A stretch of DNA of 55,201 nt, taken from assembly GCA_964552295.1 (NCBI GenBank), contig CAZKFV010000094.1, forward strand, positions 1-55,201, in the 5' to 3' direction. A program made the position numbers and the translations under genes. This document shows, one piece after another, positions 1 to 7,746 of the stretch; positions within the stretch are counted from its first letter, which is position 1; every line of letters starts with the position of its first letter. The notes below the pieces were generated by a model. That model saw nothing but the letters and a program-made list of their open reading frames with translations, made no database searches and was not told where the DNA came from. The DNA is from an uncultured Thermotogae bacterium. GTDB lineage: Bacteria; Bipolaricaulota; Bipolaricaulia; UBA7950; UBA9294.

Positions 1-27
1 GGACGTATTGCTTGTTGGCTGATGAAT

Positions 28-63
28 GGCGCTCGTCATACACATTAAGCGGGCGCTTTTTTT
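28..63 (+). terminator. Intrinsic terminator-like hairpin at window start
   Basis: GCGCTCG(29-35)...CGGGCGC(50-56) stem with one G-U pair, followed by T7 (57-63). Confidence 0.55.
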
Positions 64-179
64 GTGCGCCTGGTAGGGCACACAACCTTAACGTTGCACT
101 TGCCGGTGAAATACACAAAAAGGCGGCTATATCACAGGGCAGGCAAGGTGCAAGAGTTCGTTGGGTTTGTATATTCGTA

Positions 180-305
180 GAGTCTATTGAGTTCATAGAG
201 TTCTCAGTTCGTGGTTCGTAGTTCAAAGCAATCAGCAGCCAGAAAAAAAAGAAGCCATCAGCAAAGCTGAAAGCCTAATACTGAATGCTGAAAGCTGTAT
301 GCTAT
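180..305. repeat. Degenerate ~7-nt periodic repeats (AGTTCGT/GGTTCGT-like, then ATCAGC/GCTGAAA-like)
   Basis: gagttcatagagttctcagttcgtggttcgtagttc and gccatcagc...gctgaaagc...tgctgaaagctgtatgct; heptameric periodicity visible by eye. Confidence 0.55.
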
Positions 306-328
306 CGAGTCGTCAGTCGAAAGCATAC

Positions 329-372
329 GGGGACAGGCACAACCTCACTATTGCTCGGTCGAGCCAGTCCCC
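329..372 (+). repeat. 44-bp REP-like imperfect palindrome (GGGGACAGGCAC...GAGCCAGTCCCC), copy A
   Basis: Ends GGGGACAGGC / GCCAGTCCCC are near-complementary; an inverted copy lies at 3485-3528. Confidence 0.75.
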
Positions 373-468
373 TGTTCTCCTCTGAGGGAGGATGCTTTCG
401 GTGTCTCTGGTTACCGGTAACTCATTACCCATCACTCACAACCTATCGCTTCTCTGCCAGAAGTAGTA

Positions 469-503
469 TGTTGGGCATAACTACCTTTAACTACCGACTC
501 GAA
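469..503 (+). repeat. 35-bp dispersed motif (AACTACC-TT-Y-AACTACC core), copy A
   Basis: tgttgggcataactacctttaactaccgactcgaa matches the reverse complement of 49151-49185 at 30/35 positions. Confidence 0.65.
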
Positions 504-547
504 GAACCATCTTTGTTGATTCATGCTGGTGGTTGTAGTATCGGTTC

Positions 548-1285
548 ATGAACAAAGCGACCTTTCGCTTCTACGCTGAGCTCAATGACTTTCTAGCCCA
601 GGAGCGCAAGAGAAAATCTTCTGACTACGAATTTCAGGGGACACCAGGGATAAAGGACGCGATCGAGGCCCAGGGTGTACCGCATGTGGAAGTGGATGTG
701 ATCTTGGTCGATGGCAAGTCTGTGGGATTCTCGTATCGTCTGCAGGACGGGGACCGTGTAGCGGTATATCCGGTTTTTGAGAGCTTGGATGTCAGTAGCC
801 TAGTCAAGTTGCGCCCCAGACCATTGAGGCACACTCGGTTTGTTGCTGATGTACACCTGAGAAAGCTCGCCCATTACCTTCGCCTACTTGGCTTCGATAC
901 CTTGCACGGCATTAATTACACAGACGATCAGATAGTGAGCCTGAGCGTGAAGACAGGCCGGATAATACTTACCCGTGATCGGATGCTTCTAAAACAAGGG
1001 CAGTTAACCCATGGTTACTGGGTGCGCTCCACTGATCCGGTCTTGCAGGCCAGGGAGGTTATTGATAGGTTTGATCTGCGTGACCTGGTAAGGATGTTTT
1101 CCCGCTGTCCTGAGTGCAATGGCGAGATGATTAGTGTATCTAAGCAGGAAGTTTATAACCTGATTCCGCCCAAGACTGCCTTGTGGCTTGACGAATACTT
1201 CATGTGTAGCAGTTGTGGCAAGCTCTATTGGAAAGGAACGCATTATCCGCATATTATAGAAAAAATAGAAGCTATTCTTAGCTGA
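548..1285 (+). CDS. Mut7-C RNase (PIN-like) protein with N-terminal ubiquitin-like domain and Zn ribbon
   Basis: FRFYAELNDFL...IKDAIEAQGVPHVEVD N-terminus; FVADVHLRKLAHYLRLLGFD; RIILTRD; RCPECNG and CSSCGKLYWKGTH zinc ligands. Confidence 0.9.
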   Translation: MNKATFRFYAELNDFLAQERKRKSSDYEFQGTPGIKDAIEAQGVPHVEVDVILVDGKSVGFSYRLQDGDRVAVYPVFESLDVSSLVKLRPRPLRHTRFVADVHLRKLAHYLRLLGFDTLHGINYTDDQIVSLSVKTGRIILTRDRMLLKQGQLTHGYWVRSTDPVLQAREVIDRFDLRDLVRMFSRCPECNGEMISVSKQEVYNLIPPKTALWLDEYFMCSSCGKLYWKGTHYPHIIEKIEAILS

Positions 1286-1369
1286 AATTTGGCTAGTCAA
1301 GCATTGCGTGAATGACGGGCGCTTGACCGGATATAGCTTTCTATCTATACTGTTCCTGGTGACCAATCA

Positions 1370-3400
1370 ATGGATAAATATGATTTGAACAGTGGTTTGT
1401 CGGTAGCGAAGGTTGGGCTTTCCGCACAGTTGCCACCCGCCCCAGAATTTGATCCCAAAATGCGCCGGGCTCCTGCTAGGGGATATAACCTATCGCGTGA
1501 GGAAACAGTAACTGCCGTTAAGAACTCGCTTCGGTATGTGCCGATTGAATTGCACGAGAAGCTAGCACCGGAGTTTCTTAACGAGTTGATGACCCGCGGC
1601 AGAATCTATGGCTACCGCTATCGACCCCAGGGGCGCATACATGCCAAGCCCGTGGACGAGTACCAAGGCAACTGCCTGGAGGGGCGGGCATTGCAGGTGA
1701 TGATCGATAATAACCTTGATTTTGCCATCGCACTTTATCCGTATGAGCTGGTCACCTACGGCGAAGGAGGACAGGTATTCCAAAACTGGATGCAGTACCG
1801 CTTGGTGAAGAAGTACCTGGAAACAATGACCGATCATCAGACTTTAGTCATTCAATCTGGGCATCCATTGGGCCTGTTTCCTTCAAAGCCCGATCAGCCA
1901 AGGGTTATCAATACCAACACTTTGATGGTTGGAATGTTCGATGACGATGTGAACTTCCGCAAAGCGGCAGCGATGGGAGTGGCAAATTATGGACAGATGA
2001 CCGCCGGCGGGTGGATGTACATCGGCCCACAGGGGATAGTTCACGGGACCGCTATTACATTGCTAAATGCTGGAAGGCTTTTCTTGGGGGTTCCAGCCAC
2101 CGATGATCTTAGGGGTGTGACGTTTGTTACCTCTGGCTTGGGAGGAATGAGTGGCGCGCAGGCCAAGGCGATCGAGATCGCTGGAGGGGTAGGAATTATC
2201 GCCGAAGTTGACTCATCCAGAATACTGCAGCGCAAGGAACAGGGATGGCTATCCAAGTGGTCGGATAACTTGGATCAGGTGGTTACCTGGATGAAAGAGG
2301 CAGCCATGACGGGCGAGGCTGCATCAATAGGCTACCATGGGAATATCGTTGATCTATGGGAGTACCTCAAAGAGCATGACATACAGGTTGATCTGGCCTC
2401 GGATCAGACATCTTGTCATGCTGTTTACGATGGAGGGTACACTCCGCAGGGAATCTCTTTTGAAGAGGGGCGGGAGTTACTCAATAGAGATCGCGAGGAA
2501 TTTAAGCGACGTGTAGATGCTTCACTAAAGCGTCAGTTTGCCTTGATCAAGGTTATGACGCAGCGGGGGACGCGCTTCTGGGATTATGGAAACTCGTTTA
2601 TGAAGGCCGTCTTTGACGCCGGGCAGAAGGATATCGCCACAAATACGAAGGATACAAGCCAGGGTTTCATTTTCCCTTCTTACGTAGAGGATATCATGGG
2701 GCCATTGAACTTCGACTTCGGTTACGGTCCGTTCCGCTGGGTATGCCTTTCTGGCAGGCATGATGACTTGTTGGCAACTGATCGAGCGGCTATGGCATGC
2801 ATTGATCCTCAGAGAAGGGCTCAGGACAGGGATAACTACGAGTGGATTAAGAATGCAGATAGCAATAATCTGGTGGTTGGTTCACAGGCCCGCATCTTGT
2901 ACGCCGATGCGGAGCTTAGGGTGAAGATTGGTCACCGCTTCAACAAGATGGTACGTGAAGGCGCGATTGGTCCAGTTCTTATTGGTAGGGATCATCATGA
3001 TACGGGATCCGCGGACTCTCCATTCCGAGAGACAGCCGATATCAGCGATGGATCAAGGATTATGGCCGATATGAGCTCACATAACTTTGCTGGCAATGCC
3101 GCGCGTGGCATGAGCCTTGTGGTGATGAGCAATGGCGGCGGAGTGGGCATTGGTAAGGCAATTCATGCTGGGTTCGGGCTGGTGCTGGACGGAAGTGAAC
3201 GTGTTGACTCCATTATCGAATCGGCCCTCACCTGGGATGTAATGGGTGGAGTGGCAAGACGGGCTTGGGCACGTAACAAGAATGCGGTGTCAACGGCAGT
3301 AGAATGGAACATACATCATGAAGATGTCGGAACCATAACGATTCCGTATCTGGCAGAAGAAGGCTTAGTGGAGGATCTGGTTGACCACGAGTTAGGCTGA
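1370..3400 (+). CDS. hutU: Urocanate hydratase (long, 676-aa form)
   Basis: YPYELVTYG, NYGQMTAGGWMYIGPQGIVHGT, TSGLGGMSGAQAKA, SDQTSCH, GRDHHD, NGGGVGIG motifs. Confidence 0.96.
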   Translation: MDKYDLNSGLSVAKVGLSAQLPPAPEFDPKMRRAPARGYNLSREETVTAVKNSLRYVPIELHEKLAPEFLNELMTRGRIYGYRYRPQGRIHAKPVDEYQGNCLEGRALQVMIDNNLDFAIALYPYELVTYGEGGQVFQNWMQYRLVKKYLETMTDHQTLVIQSGHPLGLFPSKPDQPRVINTNTLMVGMFDDDVNFRKAAAMGVANYGQMTAGGWMYIGPQGIVHGTAITLLNAGRLFLGVPATDDLRGVTFVTSGLGGMSGAQAKAIEIAGGVGIIAEVDSSRILQRKEQGWLSKWSDNLDQVVTWMKEAAMTGEAASIGYHGNIVDLWEYLKEHDIQVDLASDQTSCHAVYDGGYTPQGISFEEGRELLNRDREEFKRRVDASLKRQFALIKVMTQRGTRFWDYGNSFMKAVFDAGQKDIATNTKDTSQGFIFPSYVEDIMGPLNFDFGYGPFRWVCLSGRHDDLLATDRAAMACIDPQRRAQDRDNYEWIKNADSNNLVVGSQARILYADAELRVKIGHRFNKMVREGAIGPVLIGRDHHDTGSADSPFRETADISDGSRIMADMSSHNFAGNAARGMSLVVMSNGGGVGIGKAIHAGFGLVLDGSERVDSIIESALTWDVMGGVARRAWARNKNAVSTAVEWNIHHEDVGTITIPYLAEEGLVEDLVDHELG

Positions 3401-3484
3401 CGTATCAGTTTTTTTATCTAGTATTTATTACAAAATCAGGTTTTACAATCTACGTAGGGCTTTGCTTTTTATGTGTTCACCAAG

Positions 3485-3528
3485 GGGGACTGGCTCAGGC
3501 GAGCAAGAACGAGGCTGTGCCTGTCCCA
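3485..3528 (-). repeat. 44-bp REP-like imperfect palindrome, copy B (inverted relative to 329-372)
   Basis: Reverse complement reads GGGACAGGCACAGCCTCGTTCTTGCTCGCCTGAGCCAGTCCCC versus copy A GGGGACAGGCACAACCTCACTATTGCTCGGTCGAGCCAGTCCCC. Confidence 0.75.
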
Positions 3529-3785
3529 GAAGCCCACGCTACAACACTTCATCCCGCATGGGCGCGGAGGCGCAGGGGAAAGCACAAAGCTAACGAGGCA
3601 TAAGCAACGGATCAAGTATTACGGGGTAAGGATTAGGTAAAGTAACGTGGGAGGCAAATCAACGTGGTAGATAAACTACGCACGGTACACCACACGCTAC
3701 AGCGGCAAAAGCATCTCCAAACTTGTCTTGATGTAGCGTTGGAGCTGGTCTCCAACGTTGGGTTTTTGAGAAATCAATCCCAAGC

Positions 3786-3905
3786 GGGCCTGTCTGCATG
3801 CGAAGGACAGGCAGAAGCAGAGATGCAGAGGAGAAGCAAAAAAGAAATAAGTGTGCGAAGCCTTTAAGAAGTGGTTCTCCGCGTCTGGGCTCCTCTGCGG
3901 GAGAA
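3786..3905. repeat. Stacked palindromic repeats (GCCTGTC...GACAGGC; CAGAGATGCAGAGGAG...CTCCGCGTCTG...CTCTGCG)
   Basis: Short hairpin related to the core of the element at 3933, followed by a long imperfect purine-rich/pyrimidine-rich inverted repeat. Confidence 0.5.
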
Positions 3906-3932
3906 AAGCTGTTAAGCATGTAAAGGACTGCA

Positions 3933-4169
3933 TCGCGCAGGGACCTGTCTGCGCCTGCCTGTGCGTGTACGCACGCAGACAGGTCCGAAGGACAGGCAGG
4001 CGCATAGACGCAGGGGGCAGAGGAAAGCAGTAGGGTTTGGAAAGAAGATAGAAGGGGTTTTCCTTGAGCCCTCTCAGCGTCTCGAGCGAGCATAGCGAGC
4101 GGGCGGGAGAAAGGTTTGTGTCAGTTATAATTTGCAATCTTTGTTACGCACTGTAAACAGCGAAGAGCC
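3933..4169 (+). mobile_element. ~237-bp non-coding dispersed composite repeat, copy 1 (MITE/REPIN-like or structured RNA)
   Basis: Colinear high-identity second copy at 49249-49471 in the same orientation; internal 13-bp inverted repeats; no credible ORF. Confidence 0.75.
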
Positions 4170-4464
4170 TTTTTCTTAATCACCAATCACAGATAGCTTC
4201 CACGTCTCTCTTGTAATGTGATCTTTCTTGATAAGTGCCTGGAACTACCCAGTAAAACACAGGGAGGAACCCAATCAATACATGTTTTGGTCGTTTTCGC
4301 CTAGAATAATTTAGCATGCAAGAGCATCCATGATTGTTTACTTTATATTCTAGGGTTTGACTCGTTCATGTTCTATTCTGTCTTTAGGTAGAAAGGCCTA
4401 TATGCTGCCAACTTTACTGGCCGTGATGGACCTTTTTGGTTATCCTTCAACACATGCTAGGCAA

Positions 4465-4490
4465 CTGTGGGAAAGCGCCCGCTTTTTTTG
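4465..4490 (+). terminator. Weak terminator/attenuator-like hairpin immediately upstream of the EamA RBS
   Basis: GTGGG-aaagcg-CCCGC followed by T7, ending a few nt before AAGGAGG (4494-4500). Confidence 0.35.
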
Positions 4491-4506
4491 TTCAAGGAGG
4501 CACATC

Positions 4507-5376
4507 ATAGATGTCTCGATCTTATTAGCCGTATCTAGCGCTGCTTTATGGGGAGGAGGGCAAGTGATTGCCAAGCGCGGACTTGAGGATACGTCCCTTC
4601 CTCTGTTTGGAAGCGTGCGTTCCTTTTCTGCGCTGTTGTTTGTGGTTCCTTTTGGCCTTTTGACCATGGGCTTTCCAATTGGGTCTTTGTCCCTTCTTGG
4701 AGTAGCCGTGCTGGGTGGCGTGCTGGACTCGTTTGTGGGGACGCTTTTATACATGATCGCGCTTCGTACCAGCCCAGCGCATGAGGTGGTTCCTCTGTCC
4801 AACACAGCTCCTTTCTGGGGAGTTGTAGCGGCTGTAGTTCTGATCGGTGAGACGCCCCGAGTTGCCTCCTTTGTTGCAGCAGCTCTGGTGATAGTGGGTG
4901 CTTACTTCTTGTCCTCTCATAGAGGTCGAAGCGATGTTTCCAGCAGTCGGTTTGGTCCCTGGTTTGCACTTGCTGCGGGCGCGGTATGGGGGGTCGCTGA
5001 GATTGCGCCAACAAAGTACTGCCTGTCTAACGGAATGGCCCCAACAACGTATCAGCTTGTGGTAGTTCTAGCTTCTGGACTAGGGTGGGCTTGTTACCTT
5101 TTGCTTAAAGAAAAGGTGCGATCTGTCAGCTGGTCCCGTCAGGGAATTGGGATAGCTATACTTACAGGGTTCACTAACTTGTTTCTAGGGTGGATATTCT
5201 GGCTACTGGCGCTTGATCGCGCCCCAGCAAGCCTTATTTCTCCTATTAGGGGGCTAGTGGTTCTGTTTGGATTCATAGCCAGTGTCGTGTTTCTTAAAGA
5301 GCGTCCATCCAAGCGTGCTGGTCTGGGAGTATTGCTGATAGTTGCTGGCGTTACTTTGGTGTCGTTAGCCTGGTAG
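4507..5376 (+). CDS. EamA/DMT family transporter (probable non-canonical ATA start)
   Basis: Multiple hydrophobic helices in two EamA repeats (LLYMIALRTSPAHEVVPL; WLLALDRAPASLISPI, FLKERPS); perfect SD AAGGAGG 6 nt before ATA at 4507. The ORF-track upstream extension from 4357 looks non-coding. Confidence 0.8.
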   Translation: MDVSILLAVSSAALWGGGQVIAKRGLEDTSLPLFGSVRSFSALLFVVPFGLLTMGFPIGSLSLLGVAVLGGVLDSFVGTLLYMIALRTSPAHEVVPLSNTAPFWGVVAAVVLIGETPRVASFVAAALVIVGAYFLSSHRGRSDVSSSRFGPWFALAAGAVWGVAEIAPTKYCLSNGMAPTTYQLVVVLASGLGWACYLLLKEKVRSVSWSRQGIGIAILTGFTNLFLGWIFWLLALDRAPASLISPIRGLVVLFGFIASVVFLKERPSKRAGLGVLLIVAGVTLVSLAW

Positions 5377-5494
5377 GGTTAATTCTTGGAGCAGTTGGTG
5401 TCAAGCGGGCTAGGAGTGTTGTACAATGTATGGTTTGCTCCAATCAGCGTAGTTGCTTTGGCACAGATTTGTTATTCAAAAGGAGGAGAGGTAG

Positions 5495-5776
5495 ATGTTT
5501 AAGACAAATGAGTATTTTGAGGGGAAGGTAAAGTCGATTTCTTTTCAAGGTGAAGGGGGACCGGCAACGGTAGGGGTTATGGCTGTTGGCGAATACGAGT
5601 TTGGGACATCGACTAAGGAGATCATGACAGTTACCAGCGGGAAGCTGACTGTAAAGCTGCCAGGATCTGATGACTGGAATGATTACGAGCCCTATGACAC
5701 GTTTACCGTGGAGCCAAATCAGAAATTTCAGTTGAAGGTTACGCAGGAATCATCGTATATCTGCCTGTATCGCTAA
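5495..5776 (+). CDS. ppnP: Pyrimidine/purine nucleoside phosphorylase (DUF1255 cupin)
   Basis: [15 protein letters not shown]...[15 protein letters not shown]...EIMTVTSG...YICLY; SD GGAGG. Confidence 0.93.
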   Translation: MFKTNEYFEGKVKSISFQGEGGPATVGVMAVGEYEFGTSTKEIMTVTSGKLTVKLPGSDDWNDYEPYDTFTVEPNQKFQLKVTQESSYICLYR

Positions 5777-5905
5777 AGCAGGCTTTTGCTTACATGAAGA
5801 ATCACTACAAGCCTTCTAGTAATTTTGCTTGCAAATAAGGATGGCATATCATTAAGGCGCATAAGCCGCAAATCTCCTGTTTTGCAACTTTTGAGTTGAC
5901 AGCAA

Positions 5906-6781
5906 ATGTATGCCCAAATCGATAGGCGAACCCTGATTGCCTTAGCGTTTGTCCTGGCCTTTTGGTCATCTGCTTTTGCGGCCATTCGGGCTGGGCTTGT
6001 CGCCTATGATGCGGGCGAGTTGGCTTTGCTTCGTTTCTTGACAGCCTCAGCTGTACTAGCTGTTTATGCAATTGCAAGACGCATGCGCCTTCCCAAGCTG
6101 CGCGACGTCCCAGTCATTATCTTACTTGGGTTATTGGGGATAACCCTCTACCACCTCTTGCTGAACGTGGGAGAGGTGACGGTGACAGCTGGATCGGCCA
6201 GCATGCTCATAGCTTCAGCGCCTATCTTTACAGCGCTACTTGCGCACTTCATTCTTGGGGAAAGATTTCGCTTGATTGGATGGGCTGGACTAGCTATTAG
6301 CTTCTTTGGAGTGGTCCTCATTGCTTTTGGCGAAGGTGGTGGAGTAAGGCTTGAAACAGGTGCTCTTCTTATCTTATTGGCCGCTATCTCAACCAGTCTG
6401 TATAGCGTTTTGCAAAAGCGATTCATCAAGCGGTACACGCCACTGGAGTTTACAACCTATGTCATCTGGGCAGGAACACTGCCCATGTTGGTCTTCTTTC
6501 CAAGCCTCATAAGGTCGGTTCAAACAGCGCCCATCTCTGCCACTGCGGCGGTGTTGTATCTAGGGATATTCCCCGCTGCAATAGCTTACGTGCTTTGGGT
6601 GTATGCGCTATCGCGTTCGCCTGCTTCAAACGTAGCTAGCTTGCTTTACCTTAATCCAGTACTTGCTATTCTTATCGCCTGGCTGTGGCTTCGCGAGATA
6701 CCAACAATCTTATCCCTATTGGGCGGCGCTGTTGCGCTTGCGGGGGTTCTGGCAACTAACCTTCATGCCTCATCGAGATAG
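5906..6781 (+). CDS. EamA/DMT family transporter
   Basis: [70 protein letters not shown]. Confidence 0.92.
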   Translation: MYAQIDRRTLIALAFVLAFWSSAFAAIRAGLVAYDAGELALLRFLTASAVLAVYAIARRMRLPKLRDVPVIILLGLLGITLYHLLLNVGEVTVTAGSASMLIASAPIFTALLAHFILGERFRLIGWAGLAISFFGVVLIAFGEGGGVRLETGALLILLAAISTSLYSVLQKRFIKRYTPLEFTTYVIWAGTLPMLVFFPSLIRSVQTAPISATAAVLYLGIFPAAIAYVLWVYALSRSPASNVASLLYLNPVLAILIAWLWLREIPTILSLLGGAVALAGVLATNLHASSR

Positions 6782-6863
6782 TGGCCCAGAATGCCAGCTT
6801 TAATTAGTGACAAAAGTGGTTTCACCGGAGGTTGTGCTTGGAAACAAATCTTGAGAACCCAGC

Positions 6864-7559
6864 TTATACTGGCTTTTCGAGTTCTCCAGCCTCTTGCAGG
6901 TAATCAATGATCCCTTGCAGCAGCCCTTGGGCTATCTTGTCCTGGTAGGCTGAATCAAGTAGTTTTTCTCTTTCCTCCGGGGAGCTTAGGAAGCCAACTT
7001 CTGCCGATACGGCGGGAAGCTTGGTGTGCTGCAAATATAGGGACTGTGAGCGCACCCCGCGATCACGTGCCTGCGTAGAATCGATCAGCGAGTGCTGAAC
7101 CAATTCCGCTAACTTCCAGCTCGGGTCATCCTGGGCCCTGGTGTCATCGACGAGGGTTTCAACTCCGTGTACGCCTTCGTCACTGAAGGAGTTTACGTGT
7201 ACCGATAGGAAGATAACAGCTCCGGCCTTTTCTGCCAGTTCAAGCCGGAGTTCATTATCTACGGTGATATCGCTTGTTCGAGTAAGCACCGCCTCTATCT
7301 GGGGCTCCTGCTTAAGTAGCTCCACGAGCCGATTGACAATTTGCAGGTTGAGATCCTTCTCCAGGACTTCGCCGGCGACTCCACCAGGATCTCTTCCGCC
7401 GTGGCCTGGATCAAGGCCGATAGTGACAACGGGCCTCTCCGGCTCTGTAACGACCGGTGGTTCAGCAGGAGGTGCGCTGCGCTTAAATACGCCAGCCAAG
7501 GCGAGAGACCCGATGATCACGGCAATCAATACAAGAAGTGCTATTCCACGCCTAGTCAT
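6864..7559 (-). CDS. N-acetylmuramoyl-L-alanine amidase (Amidase_3), N-terminal anchor
   Basis: IGLDPGHGGRDPG, EKDLNL, LTRTSD, FLSVHVN, AEVGFLS zinc/catalytic motifs. Confidence 0.93.
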   Translation of the reverse strand: MTRRGIALLVLIAVIIGSLALAGVFKRSAPPAEPPVVTEPERPVVTIGLDPGHGGRDPGGVAGEVLEKDLNLQIVNRLVELLKQEPQIEAVLTRTSDITVDNELRLELAEKAGAVIFLSVHVNSFSDEGVHGVETLVDDTRAQDDPSWKLAELVQHSLIDSTQARDRGVRSQSLYLQHTKLPAVSAEVGFLSSPEEREKLLDSAYQDKIAQGLLQGIIDYLQEAGELEKPV

Positions 7560-7746
7560 GATTCTATCTTAGCCACTATCAATATGGCCTTACCCGCTCT
7601 GTGTCCGGTTGATAAGGTCCATTAGTTGCATCGGATTGATTGACTCGTGTCCTATGATAGCAGGGGGCATCGGTTCTTCTAGCGATGATTGGCGAAACTG
7701 TTTGCTATTGACTACAAGTCAACTGATGACCATGATGGGATAGGAG

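Noticed and set aside
22-48. Mini-ORF MNGARHTH* overlapping the terminator, as a possible His attenuator for hutU
   Set aside because: Only two His codons, no visible SD, and hutU is 1.3 kb away behind another gene
3659-4137. ORF-track ORFs of 144/146 aa (and 49079-49439 ORFs) with mutual similarity
   Set aside because: The similarity comes from the non-coding repeat element; no SD or recognisable domain. A faint RelE-like fragment (PNVGDQLQ...RVVYR) is too weak to call
4357-4506. 50-aa N-terminal extension of the EamA ORF
   Set aside because: Contains a hairpin/T-tract and the real SD; composition is unlike EamA N-termini
7680-7735. Possible fluoride riboswitch (GCGATG...CTGATGAC)
   Set aside because: The P1 and pseudoknot complementarity required by the motif is absent
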